Below are positions 42,411 to 52,707 of a stretch of 64,000 bases of DNA, piece by piece. Where the stretch lies: assembly GCA_016931035.1 (NCBI GenBank), contig JAFGFN010000167.1, positions 2,124-66,123 on the forward strand, given 5' to 3'. A model generated the notes under the pieces. That model did not search any database, had not been told where the DNA came from, and worked only from the letters and a program-made list of their open reading frames with translations. A program made the translations under genes and the position numbers. Position 1 is the first letter of the stretch. Every line of letters begins with the position of its first letter. Source of the stretch: Candidatus Sumerlaeota bacterium (GTDB lineage Bacteria > Sumerlaeota > Sumerlaeia > UBA8349).

Positions 42411-43076
42411 ATGGCGATAGGACTACTCGGCAAGAAACTGGGCATGTCCCAGATCTACGATGAGAACGGCACGGCCGTCCCGGTGACGCTGATTCTTGCC
42501 GGGCCGTGCCCGATTCTACAGAAACGGGTGCCCGACAAAGACGGCTACAGCGCGCTCCAACTCGGTTTCGAGTCGCGCGCGGGACGAACGATCGCCAAGC
42601 CGATGCTGGGCCACTTCAAGAAGGCCGGCGTCGATCCCGTTCGTTTCGTCCGCGAGATTCGTCTGAACGACTGCAACGGTTTCGAGGTGGGTCAGACCCT
42701 CAAGGTCGATCTCTTCGCGGTGGGCGACCGCGTGGACGTGTGCGGCGTGAGCAAGGGCCGCGGTTTCAGCGGCACGATCCGTCGTTTCCATACGGCGCGC
42801 GGACCGATGAGCCACGGATCGACCTATCATCGCCGTCCGGGATCGAGCGGCGCCTCGGCCGATCCTTCGCGCACCTATAAGGGCAAAGTCAGCCCCGGCC
42901 GTCACGGGGCGGTGCGCCGCACGGCCCAGAACCTCCAGGTCGTCGGAACGGACTTGGAGAGGAACCTGTTGATCGTCAAGGGGAGCATTCCGGGAGCGGC
43001 GAACGGCTACGTGGTGGTAAGCAAAAGCGTCAAGACGTCGACCAAGACCCACGGCGGACCGACCGCGGGCAAGTAA
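42411..43076 (+). CDS. rplC: 50S ribosomal protein L3
   Basis: [28 protein letters not shown]...[12 protein letters not shown], at the conserved operon position. Confidence 0.95.
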   Translation: MAIGLLGKKLGMSQIYDENGTAVPVTLILAGPCPILQKRVPDKDGYSALQLGFESRAGRTIAKPMLGHFKKAGVDPVRFVREIRLNDCNGFEVGQTLKVDLFAVGDRVDVCGVSKGRGFSGTIRRFHTARGPMSHGSTYHRRPGSSGASADPSRTYKGKVSPGRHGAVRRTAQNLQVVGTDLERNLLIVKGSIPGAANGYVVVSKSVKTSTKTHGGPTAGK

Positions 43077-43154
43077 GGAATGGGGTCGGATCGACCGCGA
43101 AGAGTGTGCGAAAAGGGTCCCGCCCGTCGGACCGGACCTGGGGAGTAGCAAGAT

Positions 43155-43781
43155 ATGCCTTCAGTATCCGTAGTGAATATCCAGGGCTCCAAGGTCGAGA
43201 AGATCGATCTGGCGCCCGGCGTCTTCGAGGCGCGGATCAGCACCGATTGCGTTCGCGCCGCGGTCAACAACCAATTGGCGCACCGTCGCCAGGGGACGGC
43301 CGCGACCAAGACCCGCGGCCTGGTGAGCGGCGGCGGCATCAAGCCCTATCGCCAAAAAGGCACGGGGCGCGCGCGCGCGGGCTCGACGCGTTCGCCCGTG
43401 CGCCGACACGGCGGGGTCGTTTTCGGCCCTATGCCCCGCTCTTACGGCGGCAAGGTCAACCGCAAGGTCCTGCGATCGGCCATCTTGTCGTGCCTGACCT
43501 CGTTCGCCCAGGAGGGGCAGATCGTCATCGTGGACGCGCTGGATTTTTCGGAGCCCAAGACCCGCCAAGTGTCCGAATTGCTGAGCCATCTCAAGATCGA
43601 AGACAAACGCGTGCTTTTCCTGACCGACCGGACGAACGTGAACCTGGCGTTGAGCGCGCGCAACATACCGTGGGTGGATGTGATCAACTGCGACAATCTC
43701 AACACGTTCGACCTGACGACCCACGACGTGCTGGTGGCGACGAAAGCCGCCATCGAACGGCTGGAGGAGGTCTACGCATGA
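43155..43781 (+). CDS. rplD: 50S ribosomal protein L4
   Basis: ...[37 protein letters not shown], at the conserved operon position. Confidence 0.95.
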   Translation: MPSVSVVNIQGSKVEKIDLAPGVFEARISTDCVRAAVNNQLAHRRQGTAATKTRGLVSGGGIKPYRQKGTGRARAGSTRSPVRRHGGVVFGPMPRSYGGKVNRKVLRSAILSCLTSFAQEGQIVIVDALDFSEPKTRQVSELLSHLKIEDKRVLFLTDRTNVNLALSARNIPWVDVINCDNLNTFDLTTHDVLVATKAAIERLEEVYA

Positions 43782-44065
43782 AGGCGACCCCTTACGAAAT
43801 CCTGGTGCGTCCGGTCATTACCGAAGACAGCATGTCAGGCACCGCTCGGACCGAGCCGCAATACGTGTTTCAGGTGGCGATGCGCGCCAACAAGGTGGAG
43901 ATTGCGCGCGCGGTGGAACTGGCTTTCGGCGTGCGCGTGAAGTCGGTCAACACCTTGCACCAGAAGGGCAAGGTGAAGACCATGCGCCGCCGCACGGGCA
44001 AGCGGCCCGACATCAAGAAGGCGTTTGTGACGCTCGAAGCGGGTCAGACGATCGACCTGTTCTAG
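43778..44065 (+). CDS. rplW: 50S ribosomal protein L23
   Basis: [19 protein letters not shown]...[29 protein letters not shown]. The ATGA overlaps the rplD stop. Confidence 0.93.
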   Translation: MKATPYEILVRPVITEDSMSGTARTEPQYVFQVAMRANKVEIARAVELAFGVRVKSVNTLHQKGKVKTMRRRTGKRPDIKKAFVTLEAGQTIDLF

Positions 44066-44078
44066 GAGAGGACCGGGA

Positions 44079-44097
44079 CACGGGCTTGCGGCCCGTG
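44079..44097. repeat. REP-B hairpin (cacgggc-N5-gcccgtg) in the rplW-rplB spacer
   Basis: cacgggc ttgcg gcccgtg has the same core as 7687-7706 and 49947-49965. Confidence 0.7.
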
Positions 44098-44148
44098 GGC
44101 GGTAGGCGAAACGACGCCCACGCCACGCATGAAACGGAAAACGGAAAA

Positions 44149-44979
44149 ATGGCGATCAAGACTTACAAGCCGACAACCCCGAGCCGACGGACAATGACCA
44201 CCCTCGGTTTCGAGGAAATCTCGCGCACCACGCCCGAGAAGTCGCTGCTCGAGAAGAAAACGCGCGGATCGGGTCGCAATTCCCAAGGCCGGATCACTTG
44301 CCGTCACCAAGGGGGCGGACACAAGCGCCGCTACCGTCTGATCGACTTCAAGCGCGACAAGGACGGCATTGCGGCCCGCGTCGCCTCGATCGAATACGAT
44401 CCGAACCGGACGGCCAACATCGCGCTGCTTCATTACGCCGACGGCGAGAAACGCTACATCGTGGCCCCCATCGGCCTCAAAGTGGGCGATACGGTCGAGA
44501 GCGGCCCGCAAGCCGACGTCAAGGTGGGCAACGCCATGGCGTTGCGCATGGTGCCGCTCGGAACGATGGTGCATTGCGTCGAGCTGCGGCCGCGCGGCGG
44601 AGCCAAGATTGCCAAGAGCGCGGGCGTGGGCGCCCAGGTGATCGCCAAGGACGAGAAGTATGCGCACCTTCGCATGCCTTCGAGCGAGGTGCGGCGCGTG
44701 AGCTGCGAATGCCGCGCGACGATCGGCGTGGTGGGCAACAGCGACCACGCCAACATTTCGATCGGCAAGGCGGGACGCTCGCGCTGGCTGGGCATTCGGC
44801 CCACGGTGCGCGGCGTGGTGATGAACCCGGTGGATCACCCCATGGGGGGCGGCGAGGGCCGCTCGTCGGGCGGCCGGCATCCATGCACGCCCTGGGGCAA
44901 GCCGACGAAGGGTCTCAAGACGCGCAAGTCCAAGCCGTCGGATCGCTTTATTGTGACGCGGCGCAAGAAGAAACGGTGA
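44149..44979 (+). CDS. rplB: 50S ribosomal protein L2
   Basis: [14 protein letters not shown]...[15 protein letters not shown]...[14 protein letters not shown]. Confidence 0.96.
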   Translation: MAIKTYKPTTPSRRTMTTLGFEEISRTTPEKSLLEKKTRGSGRNSQGRITCRHQGGGHKRRYRLIDFKRDKDGIAARVASIEYDPNRTANIALLHYADGEKRYIVAPIGLKVGDTVESGPQADVKVGNAMALRMVPLGTMVHCVELRPRGGAKIAKSAGVGAQVIAKDEKYAHLRMPSSEVRRVSCECRATIGVVGNSDHANISIGKAGRSRWLGIRPTVRGVVMNPVDHPMGGGEGRSSGGRHPCTPWGKPTKGLKTRKSKPSDRFIVTRRKKKR

Positions 44980-45047
44980 TCCCTATGAGGATCGCCGCCT
45001 GAGCGACGCCCGCGCGGCGGAGCGTCGTCGCGATCGAGGAGGAGACA

Positions 45048-45335
45048 ATGCCGAGAAGCCTCAAGAAAGGTCCCTACGTTCATCCGAAGCTGAGCGAGAA
45101 GATTCGGCGGATGAACAATACGGGGGAGAAAACGGTCATCAAGACCTGGGCCCGGGCGTCGATGATCACGCCCGACATGGTGGGTCATACAATCTCGATC
45201 CACAACGGCAAGATGTTCATTCCCGTGTTCGTGAACGAGAACATGGTCGGTCACAAACTGGGCGAATTCGCGCCCACGCGTACTTTCCGCTCTCATGGCG
45301 GCAAGCAGGCCAAGAAAGCGACGGCGAAGAAATAA
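45048..45335 (+). CDS. rpsS: 30S ribosomal protein S19
   Basis: [15 protein letters not shown]...[29 protein letters not shown]. Confidence 0.96.
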   Translation: MPRSLKKGPYVHPKLSEKIRRMNNTGEKTVIKTWARASMITPDMVGHTISIHNGKMFIPVFVNENMVGHKLGEFAPTRTFRSHGGKQAKKATAKK

Positions 45336-45392
45336 GTCCGAGCGTCGGACGGGTCCGGCGGACCAGACCGAGTAGATGGAGAATCGAGCAAC

Positions 45393-45752
45393 ATGCCAAA
45401 GTTCGAGGAAAACCAGGTAGTGTCCAGGGCGAGCGCGCGGTTCCAGCGCGTGTCGGCCCGCAAGGCGCGCACGTTGGGCGATAGGATCCGCGGCAAGACG
45501 GTGGCCGAGGCGATGAACATTCTTCGTTTCACGCATCGCCCCTCGGCGGATTCCATCATGGAGAATCTGCTCAAGAGCGCGGTCGCCAACGTGGATCGCT
45601 CGCAGTATCCCGACACCGACGAGCTGGTGATTGGCGAGCTGCAGGTGAACGGCGGGCCGATCATGTACCGGATTCTGCCGGCTCCGCAGGGACGGGCGTA
45701 CCGCATTCGCAAGCGGTTTTGCCACATTTCGATGAAGTTGGTCGAGGCGTAG
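45393..45752 (+). CDS. rplV: 50S ribosomal protein L22
   Basis: ARFQRVSARKARTLGDRIRGKTVAEAMNILRF...RAYRIRKRFCHISMKL. Confidence 0.93.
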   Translation: MPKFEENQVVSRASARFQRVSARKARTLGDRIRGKTVAEAMNILRFTHRPSADSIMENLLKSAVANVDRSQYPDTDELVIGELQVNGGPIMYRILPAPQGRAYRIRKRFCHISMKLVEA

Positions 45753-45809
45753 GGACGGTCCCGCGGGCGCCGGGTTGCGCCGACGGGCAGCACGAAAGGA
45801 GACGACTCC

Positions 45810-46469
45810 GTGGGTCAGAAAGTTCATCCGGTATCTCTGCGGCTGGGTATCGTCCGCGATTGGGAATCGCGGTGGTACGCGACGCGCGAGCACTACGCGG
45901 AGTTTCTCCACGAGGACATCGAGATCCGCAAGTTCATCCGCGGCAAGTATAGCCACGCCGGCATCGATCGAATCGAGATCGAGCGTGCGGCGGACCGCGT
46001 GAAGATCACGGTCCACACGGCGCGTCCGGGCATCGTCATCGGCCCGAAGGGCTCGGAGATCGCGGCGACGGAAAAGGATCTGGCCGAGAAGACGTCGAAA
46101 CAAGTCAAACTGCTCGTTGCGGAGGTCAAGAAGCCCGAGCTGAGCGCGCAGCTGGTGGCCGAGAATATCGCCGGGCAGCTCATGCGGCGCATTTCGTTCC
46201 GCCGCGCGATGAAGAAGACCATCCAGGCCTCGATGGACGCCGGCGCGCTCGGGGTCAAGATCGCCTGCGGCGGCCGTTTGGCCGGCGCCGAGATGGCTCG
46301 CGCCGAGTGGTATCGCAAGGGTCGCGTGCCGCTTCACACGCTGCGGGCGGACATCGACTACGGTTTCATGGGCGCCAAGACCAAATACGGGATGATCGGC
46401 GTGAAGGTGTGGGTGTTCAAGGGCGAGATCTTCGGCAAGGTCAAGCCCGAGGCGGCGGAGGCCAGATAA
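45810..46469 (+). CDS. rpsC: 30S ribosomal protein S3
   Basis: [24 protein letters not shown]...[11 protein letters not shown] (KH domain)...[31 protein letters not shown]. It has a GTG start. Confidence 0.96.
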   Translation: MGQKVHPVSLRLGIVRDWESRWYATREHYAEFLHEDIEIRKFIRGKYSHAGIDRIEIERAADRVKITVHTARPGIVIGPKGSEIAATEKDLAEKTSKQVKLLVAEVKKPELSAQLVAENIAGQLMRRISFRRAMKKTIQASMDAGALGVKIACGGRLAGAEMARAEWYRKGRVPLHTLRADIDYGFMGAKTKYGMIGVKVWVFKGEIFGKVKPEAAEAR

Positions 46470-46542
46470 CCGCCGCGTCGCGGCACTCGTGCGGATGAAA
46501 GACGTGGGTGGGAACTAAGGATCGAGCGAGAGGTAGCCTGAT

Positions 46543-46956
46543 ATGTTGATGCCGAAGAGGAGCAAGTACCGCAAGACTCAGAAAGGCAAGCGCCGGGGCA
46601 AGGCCTATCGGGGCTCGACTTTGAGTTTTGGCGAATACGGCCTGAAGGCCATGGAGTGCGGCTGGGTGTCGAACCGCGAGATCGAGGCGGCGCGCGTGGC
46701 GATCAACCGCGCCGTGAAGCGCGGCGGCAAGTTGTGGATCAACATTTTCCCCGACAAGCCGCTGACGGTCAAGCCGGCGGAAACGCGAATGGGCAAGGGC
46801 AAGGGCGCGCCGGAACGCTGGGTGGCCGTGGTCAAGCCGGGCCGCATCCTGTTCGAGCTGGGCGGCGTGACTCCCGAACTCGCCTTCGAGGCCATGGAAC
46901 GGGCGCGCCACAAACTCTCGATCAAGTCCAAGTTTGTGATCCGAACCGCCCTGTGA
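46543..46956 (+). CDS. rplP: 50S ribosomal protein L16
   Basis: [19 protein letters not shown]...[25 protein letters not shown]. Confidence 0.96.
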   Translation: MLMPKRSKYRKTQKGKRRGKAYRGSTLSFGEYGLKAMECGWVSNREIEAARVAINRAVKRGGKLWINIFPDKPLTVKPAETRMGKGKGAPERWVAVVKPGRILFELGGVTPELAFEAMERARHKLSIKSKFVIRTAL

Positions 46957-47006
46957 CGCGCGCGGGACGCGCGAGCGTCCCGTCTCAGAGAAAGGTAGTG
47001 GAGAGC

Positions 47007-47201
47007 ATGAAAGCGAAGGAATACCGAGAGCTGGGAGTCCACGAATTGGAGGCGCGCGAGGCCGACCTGCGCAAAAGCCTGTTCAACCTTCGCACGCGCG
47101 CCACGACCAAGGAACTCCACGACGTATCGCGAATCGGGCAGGAAAAGCGCGAGTTGGCGCGGGTCCTCACCCTGATTCGAGAGAAGAAAGGCAAAGCCTA
47201 G
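47007..47201 (+). CDS. rpmC: 50S ribosomal protein L29
   Basis: [55 protein letters not shown], in frame within ORF 46656..47201. Confidence 0.9.
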   Translation: MKAKEYRELGVHELEAREADLRKSLFNLRTRATTKELHDVSRIGQEKRELARVLTLIREKKGKA

Positions 47202-47251
47202 GCCGTTCCCGAGCGATCGGGAGGCAGACATAGAGCGACGGAGCAGACCTC

Positions 47252-47521
47252 ATGCCGGAAAACAAATCGACACAAGGCTCGCGCAAGATTCGGGCCGGCC
47301 GCGTTGTCAGCAACAGAATGGACAAGACGATCGTCGTGATAGTCGAGCGGACCGTTCGCCATCCGCTGGTCAAGAAGTTCGTTCGACGTCACAAACGCTA
47401 CTATGCGGACGATCCGGAAAACAGCTGCGGGATCGGGGACTTCGTGAAGATTGTGGAGTGCCGCCCCTTGAGCCGCGTCAAACGTTGGCGGTTGACGGAG
47501 ATCGTGGAGAAAGCGAAGTAG
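47252..47521 (+). CDS. rpsQ: 30S ribosomal protein S17
   Basis: [41 protein letters not shown]...[14 protein letters not shown]. Confidence 0.95.
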   Translation: MPENKSTQGSRKIRAGRVVSNRMDKTIVVIVERTVRHPLVKKFVRRHKRYYADDPENSCGIGDFVKIVECRPLSRVKRWRLTEIVEKAK

Positions 47522-47607
47522 GGGAGGGGCCTCCCGCGCCCGGACCTCGGCTTGCCCGCGGGGCAAGAAGCCGCGGGTTGCGGGCGGAGCACGAAAGGAT
47601 ACGCGAG

Positions 47608-47976
47608 ATGATTCAGGAATACACGGAACTGGTGGTGGCGGACAACAGCGGCGCCCGGCGTCTGCGGTGCTTCAAGGTGCTCGGCGGCACGCGTCGGCGC
47701 TACGCCCGAATCGGCGACATCATCGTTTGTTCCGTTCGCGACGCTTCGCCCGAATCGCAGGTCAAGAAGGGGTCGGTGGTCAAGGCGGTGGTGGTGCGCA
47801 CGGCCAAGGAAGTGGGCCGCGAGGACGGTTCGCGGATCCGGTTCGACGAAAACGCCGCCGTGGTCATCAACAACCAGAACGAGCCGATCGGGACCCGTAT
47901 TTTCGGGGCCGTCGGCCGCGAGCTTCGCAAGAAGAACTTCATGAAGATCGTTTCGCTCGCGCCCGAGGTGATCTGA
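47608..47976 (+). CDS. rplN: 50S ribosomal protein L14
   Basis: [27 protein letters not shown]...[24 protein letters not shown]. The start is the in-frame ATG at 47608. Confidence 0.96.
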   Translation: MIQEYTELVVADNSGARRLRCFKVLGGTRRRYARIGDIIVCSVRDASPESQVKKGSVVKAVVVRTAKEVGREDGSRIRFDENAAVVINNQNEPIGTRIFGAVGRELRKKNFMKIVSLAPEVI

Positions 47977-48027
47977 AACAGCCGCGGGGACGCGGCGAAG
48001 CAAGGCAACCCAGGAGAGAAGCCCGAG

Positions 48028-48345
48028 ATGAGCCTACGAATCAAGAAGAACGACACGGTGTTCGTGCGAAGCGGCAGAGACCGCGGCCGCACGGGGCGTG
48101 TGCTCATGGTCATGCCCAAAGAGGGCAAGGCGTTGGTCGAAGGCGTCAACATGGTGCGGCGTCACGAGCGTCAGCGTCGGCAGGGTCAGCCCGCCGGCAT
48201 CGTCTCGAAGGAATCGCCGGTGCCGCTTTCGCGCTTGCTGCTGGTGGATCCCAAGAGCAGCGATCAGCCGGGACGCATTCGCGCCAAGGTCAACCCCGAC
48301 GGCGCGAAGGTGCGTGTTCACGCCAAGACGGGCAACGAAGTGTAA
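48028..48345 (+). CDS. rplX: 50S ribosomal protein L24
   Basis: [22 protein letters not shown] is the KOW motif, at the conserved operon position. Confidence 0.93.
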   Translation: MSLRIKKNDTVFVRSGRDRGRTGRVLMVMPKEGKALVEGVNMVRRHERQRRQGQPAGIVSKESPVPLSRLLLVDPKSSDQPGRIRAKVNPDGAKVRVHAKTGNEV

Positions 48346-48413
48346 CGGTTGTCTGGACGAAACCGCGACCGGCCGCCTCCGACGCGGCGGGGAAAACCAG
48401 GAGTGTTTGAGCG

Positions 48414-49115
48414 ATGGCAAAGGAAAAAGAGAAGACAGCGCAGAAGAAGCCGGCCGCGAAGCCCGCGGGGGACGGCAAGAAGAGCGCCGCGCCCCAGGCC
48501 AAGGCCAAGGACGCAAAGTCGGCCAAGAAGGGCAAGGCGGCCGAATCGGCGTCGCCTATCCCCAAGGGCTACGTGCCGCGTCTGCGCAAGAAGTACCGCG
48601 AGGAGATCGCTCCGGCGATGAAGGCCAAGTTCGGCTATTCGAGCGTGATGCAGGTCCCGCGCATCGAGAAGATCGTGATCAACATGGGCGTGGGCGAGGG
48701 AACGCGCAACATCGCCGCGCTCGACCAGGCCGCCGAGCAGTTGGCCCTGATCGGCGGCCAGAAGCCCAAGATCACGCGCGCGACCCGTTCCGTGGCGCAG
48801 TTCAAGGTGCGCCAGGGAATGCCCGTGGGTTGTTGCGTCACGTTGCGCGGCTGGCGGATGTACGATTTTCTCGACCGGTTGATCAATGTGGCGATCCCCC
48901 GTATCCGCGATTTCCGCGGTTTGCCGGTCAACGCGTTCGACGGACGCGGCAACCACAGCATGGGGATTCGCGAGCAGTTGATTTTCACCGAGATCGAGTA
49001 CGCCAAGGTGACTAGCACGCAGGGCATGAACGTCACGACGGTCACCACCGCCAAGAGCGACGCCGAATGCAAGGAGCTGCTGCGGCTGTTCGGGATGCCG
49101 CTGCGCAAGGACTGA
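48414..49115 (+). CDS. rplE: 50S ribosomal protein L5 with a ~50-aa Lys/Ala-rich N-terminal extension
   Basis: The conserved part starts at [42 protein letters not shown]. It is preceded by [48 protein letters not shown]. Confidence 0.93.
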   Translation: MAKEKEKTAQKKPAAKPAGDGKKSAAPQAKAKDAKSAKKGKAAESASPIPKGYVPRLRKKYREEIAPAMKAKFGYSSVMQVPRIEKIVINMGVGEGTRNIAALDQAAEQLALIGGQKPKITRATRSVAQFKVRQGMPVGCCVTLRGWRMYDFLDRLINVAIPRIRDFRGLPVNAFDGRGNHSMGIREQLIFTEIEYAKVTSTQGMNVTTVTTAKSDAECKELLRLFGMPLRKD

Positions 49116-49189
49116 GATCGAGAAACGCCCCGTCGCCCGGGCCGATCCCGGCGACGCCAGTAAGGACCCATTGCGAGGAGCAAGCGACC

Positions 49190-49375
49190 ATGTCGAGATT
49201 GTGTCATAAGGTGAAAATGCGCGTGAAGCCCAAGTTCTCGTCGCGCAAAGTCAACCGTTGCCCGATTTGCGGGCGGCCTCGCGCCTACATGCGCCGCTTC
49301 AATATGTGCCGGATTTGTTTCCGCACCTTGGCGAGCCAGGGCCAGATTCCGGGCGTGACGAAATCTTCCTGGTGA
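49190..49375 (+). CDS. rpsZ: 30S ribosomal protein S14 type Z (zinc-binding)
   Basis: [61 protein letters not shown] is 61 aa with CxxC...CxxC. Confidence 0.93.
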   Translation: MSRLCHKVKMRVKPKFSSRKVNRCPICGRPRAYMRRFNMCRICFRTLASQGQIPGVTKSSW

Positions 49376-49472
49376 GAAAGGCCGATGGGACGAACGCCGG
49401 CCGACCCGGGCCGGCGACGGAACACCACCAACGACGCTTATCGTCGAGAGAGAAAACAGGAGAGAGAATGGC

Positions 49473-49937
49473 ATGCCAGTGACGGACCCGATTGCCGATA
49501 TGTTGACGCGAATTCGCAACGCCTGCGCCGTGGGCTCGGACGAGGTGGCCGTGCCGACGTCGCGCGTGAAGGTGGGAATCGCCAAGATTCTGCGCGAAGA
49601 GGGTTTCATCAAGCACTACAAGATCGGCCAAGTGCGCCGCAAAGCGCCCAAGAAACCCGGAGCGAAACGCGAGGTCGCGCCCGACAAAGGCAAGACGGGT
49701 TTCAAGCGGACCGAAATCCGCATCTTTCTCAAGTACGGGCCCCGGCACGAGAAAGTGATCAACGGCGTCAGGCGGATGAGCTCGCCGGGGCGGCGCGTGT
49801 ACGTCAAATCGAGCGAGATTCCGCTCGTGGACGGCGGACTGGGCATCACGATTCTCTCGACCTCGCGCGGGCTCCTGACGGGCGAACAATGCCGCAAGCG
49901 CAAACTGGGCGGCGAGGTGATCTGTTCGGTTTGGTAG
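49473..49937 (+). CDS. rpsH: 30S ribosomal protein S8 (with a ~25-aa basic insertion)
   Basis: [17 protein letters not shown]...[11 protein letters not shown]...[15 protein letters not shown]. The insertion is [26 protein letters not shown]. Confidence 0.93.
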   Translation: MPVTDPIADMLTRIRNACAVGSDEVAVPTSRVKVGIAKILREEGFIKHYKIGQVRRKAPKKPGAKREVAPDKGKTGFKRTEIRIFLKYGPRHEKVINGVRRMSSPGRRVYVKSSEIPLVDGGLGITILSTSRGLLTGEQCRKRKLGGEVICSVW

Positions 49938-49941
49938 AAGA

Positions 49942-49995
49942 TGTGGCACGGGCTTCCAGCCCGTGGAAGAACACGGCCAAGATGGCCGTGCCACA
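49942..49995. repeat. REP-B composite palindrome filling the rpsH-rplF spacer
   Basis: tgtggcacgg (49942-49951) pairs with ccgtgccaca (49986-49995). The internal hairpins are cacgggc-ttcca-gcccgtg (49947-49965) and cacggcca-aga-tggccgtg (49972-49990). Confidence 0.8.
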
Positions 49996-50015
49996 ACGTA
50001 TGGAGGACTCGATTC

Positions 50016-50555
50016 GTGTCTCGCATAGGAAACAACCCGATCCCGGTGCCCAAGGGGGTGCAGGTGACGATCACTCCCGAGATGAGGGTGTCGGTCAAGG
50101 GCCCCAAGGGCCTGCTCGAGGTCGACACGCGACGGCGCGTCAGCGTCCTCATGAAAGAGGACAAGATTCACGTGGCGCGCCCTGACGACTCGCGTTCGAG
50201 CCGGGCGTATCACGGTCTCTACCAGCGCTTGCTGGTCAACATGGTCCACGGCGTGAGCGAGGGTTTCTCCAAGGAGCTCGAGATCCAAGGCGTGGGCTAC
50301 CGCGCCACGGCCGAGGGCAAGGGGCTGACTCTGCTTCTCGGCTTCAGCCATCCGATTCATTTCCCGGCGCCCGAGGGGATCGTGTTGAGCGCGCCCGAGC
50401 CGACGCGTATCGTCGTGGCGGGCTACGACAAGGAGCTGGTGGGCCAAGTGGCGGCCGATATCCGCGCCCTGCGCAAACCCGAGCCGTACAAGGGCAAGGG
50501 GATTCGTTACAAAGGCGAACACGTCAGGCGCAAAGTGGGCAAGGCGGGAGCGTAA
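50016..50555 (+). CDS. rplF: 50S ribosomal protein L6
   Basis: It has a GTG start after the RBS tggagga. (M)SRIGNNPIPVPKGVQVTI...EIQGVGYRA...PEPYKGKGIRYKGE. Confidence 0.93.
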   Translation: MSRIGNNPIPVPKGVQVTITPEMRVSVKGPKGLLEVDTRRRVSVLMKEDKIHVARPDDSRSSRAYHGLYQRLLVNMVHGVSEGFSKELEIQGVGYRATAEGKGLTLLLGFSHPIHFPAPEGIVLSAPEPTRIVVAGYDKELVGQVAADIRALRKPEPYKGKGIRYKGEHVRRKVGKAGA

Positions 50556-50567
50556 GAAGGAAATACC

Positions 50568-50627
50568 CCAGGTTCGGAATCCGGAATCTCCGAAACCTCG
50601 AACCTGGAACCTTCGAACCTGGAACCT
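50568..50627. repeat. hairpin plus tandem cgaacctggaacct units in the rplF-rplR spacer
   Basis: ccaggttcg (50568-50576) pairs with cgaacctgg (50599-50607). cgaacctggaacct occurs at 50599-50612 and 50614-50627. Confidence 0.75.
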
Positions 50628-50662
50628 GAGAATAGAGAACCGATCGGAAGAGGTTTCGAACC

Positions 50663-51034
50663 ATGAAGTTGTCCAGACGACAATCGCGAATCCGCCGGCA
50701 CTGGCGCGTGCGGTCCACCCTGGCGGGGACGGCCGAGCGGCCCCGGATCTGCGTGTTTCGCAGTAACCGCCACTTTTCGGCCCAGGTGATCGACGATCGG
50801 GCGGGACGGACCCTGTTGTCGGTCTCGTCGGTCTCGAAAGCCACGCGCGACGGCAAGAACTACAGCAATCGGGCGAGCGCCGAGAGGCTGGGCCGCGAGT
50901 TGGGCGAGAAGATGAAGAGCAGCGGGATTCAGAAGGCCGTGTTCGACCGCGGAGGTTTTCTCTATCACGGCGTGATCGAGACGTTTGCCGAGGCCGTGCG
51001 CGCGGTGGACGAGGAGAATCATTTCCACTTCTGA
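50663..51034 (+). CDS. rplR: 50S ribosomal protein L18
   Basis: RPRICVFRSNRHFSAQVIDD...VFDRGGFLYHGVIETFAEAVR. Confidence 0.93.
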   Translation: MKLSRRQSRIRRHWRVRSTLAGTAERPRICVFRSNRHFSAQVIDDRAGRTLLSVSSVSKATRDGKNYSNRASAERLGRELGEKMKSSGIQKAVFDRGGFLYHGVIETFAEAVRAVDEENHFHF

Positions 51035-51097
51035 TTTGGGCGCGGGCCGGCGGCCCGCGGCGGACACTGGGTGCGACGCCCATGCCGCTTAGAGAAG

Positions 51098-51841
51098 ATG
51101 GCGAGGAGAGCCAACGTGAGTGAGAACGAAGCAACCCGTCTGCTGGAAGAGGCCGAGGTTCAGGTCGAGGCGAAGGAACGGATCGATCCGTCCAAGCTCG
51201 ATCTGAGCGAGCAGGTGATCCAGCTGAATCGCGTGGCGAAGGTCGTCAAGGGCGGCCGGCGCTTCAGCTTCAGCGCCCTGGTTGTCGTCGGCGACTCGAA
51301 CGGCCACGTCGGAGTCGGTTTCGGCAAGGCCAACGAGGTGCCCGAAGCCATTCAGAAGGCCGTGCAGAACGGCAAGAAGAGCCTGATCGCCGTGCCGCGA
51401 GTGGGACGCACCCTTCCCTACGCCGTGATCGGGGAATTCGGAGCGGCCCGCGTGCTGCTTCGGCCGGCGAGCGAAGGAACGGGGATCATCGCGGGTCCCG
51501 CGGTGCGCTCCGCGCTCGAACTGGCCGGGGTCCAGGACGTTCTGACCAAGAACCTGGGATCGAGCAACGCGATCAACATCTTGAAGGCCGTTATCGAAGG
51601 TCTCAAGAGCATCCGCGATGCGAACCAGGTGGCGCGCCTTCGCGGCAAAGGCCTCGACGAGGTGCTCGGCCGTCGCGCCAAGTTCTTCGGTCACACCGGA
51701 GAGTCCGCCGCGCCTCCCGCGGCCCCGAGCGTGAGCGAGGAGATCCGGTTCGACGCCGAGGACGCGAAGTCGGACGAGCCGAAGGACGAAGAGATAATCG
51801 AAAGCGCCGGGGGCGAGGGGATGGAGACCGTCTCCTCGTAA
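51098..51841 (+). CDS. rpsE: 30S ribosomal protein S5 with N- and C-terminal extensions
   Basis: [49 protein letters not shown] is the S5 dsRBD. There is an acidic ~60-aa C-terminal tail. The ORF starts at 51071; the alternative ATG at 51098 is used here. Confidence 0.9.
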   Translation: MARRANVSENEATRLLEEAEVQVEAKERIDPSKLDLSEQVIQLNRVAKVVKGGRRFSFSALVVVGDSNGHVGVGFGKANEVPEAIQKAVQNGKKSLIAVPRVGRTLPYAVIGEFGAARVLLRPASEGTGIIAGPAVRSALELAGVQDVLTKNLGSSNAINILKAVIEGLKSIRDANQVARLRGKGLDEVLGRRAKFFGHTGESAAPPAAPSVSEEIRFDAEDAKSDEPKDEEIIESAGGEGMETVSS

Positions 51842-51939
51842 CCGAGCCGTGTGCGAGAAATCGTGGGCGTGACGGCCTGCGCCGGGCAAACCGGGCCGAT
51901 TTTGTGCAGGAGCGACGCCGAGTTCAAGGGATTCGAGAA

Positions 51940-52149
51940 ATGACGAAACGCGAGAAGCAACCGAAAAAGATACGGATCAAGTGGGTTAAGAGCGACGTGG
52001 GCGCCAAGGAGCCGCACAAGCGCACCATTCGCGCGCTGGGTTTCAAGCGCCTTCAGGGCGAGGTGGTCCAGGTGGCTACGCCCCAGGTTCTCGGCATGGT
52101 CCAGAGCGTCCGCCACATGGTCGAAGTCTCGGAGGTGTCCGGATCATGA
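51940..52149 (+). CDS. rpmD: 50S ribosomal protein L30
   Basis: KIRIKWVKSDVGAKEPHKRTIRALGFKRLQGEVVQVATPQVLGMVQSVRHMVEV. The in-frame ATG at 51940 is used. Confidence 0.88.
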   Translation: MTKREKQPKKIRIKWVKSDVGAKEPHKRTIRALGFKRLQGEVVQVATPQVLGMVQSVRHMVEVSEVSGS

Positions 52150-52616
52150 TACGACTCGAGGAATTGCACGGCGACAAGGGCGCTCGCCAGAAACGCAAAC
52201 GCATCGGCCGGGGCGAGAGCTCGGGCTGGGGCCGGACGGCGGGCAAGGGCAACAAGGGCGCGCAGTCGCGCGCCGGCGCCTCGAAACGCAAACGGTTCGA
52301 GGGCGGTCAGACCCCGCTGGGTCTGCGTCTTCCCAAGCGCGGGTTCTCGCACGACGCCTGGCGCGAGAAGACCGGCATTGTGAACGTCGCCCAGTTGGGT
52401 CGCTTCGAAGAAGGGGCGAAGGTCGATTTCGCGGCCCTCTACGAGGCGGGGCTCGTGACATGCAACACCGAGCGGGTCAAGGTTCTGGGCAACGGCGAAA
52501 TCGAGAGGAAGCTGACCGTAGTGGCCGACACGTTCTCAGCCTCGGCCCGTAAGAAGATCGAGGCCGCCGGCGGGACGTGCGAAACGGCCCAGGCGGAACC
52601 GGAGGCCAAGAGCTAG
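52146..52616 (+). CDS. rplO: 50S ribosomal protein L15
   Basis: RIGRGESSGWGRTAGKGNKGAQSRAG...FEGGQTPL. It overlaps the rpmD stop by 4 nt. Confidence 0.94.
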   Translation: MIRLEELHGDKGARQKRKRIGRGESSGWGRTAGKGNKGAQSRAGASKRKRFEGGQTPLGLRLPKRGFSHDAWREKTGIVNVAQLGRFEEGAKVDFAALYEAGLVTCNTERVKVLGNGEIERKLTVVADTFSASARKKIEAAGGTCETAQAEPEAKS

Positions 52617-52707
52617 GTCGCGCGGATGCGGCGCGAGTCGCCCGCGGCCTTTTCGTCGACTCTCGAGCGGCGCGCGTGCGCGACGATTCTCCAGGGGTAG
52701 GGTTTTC

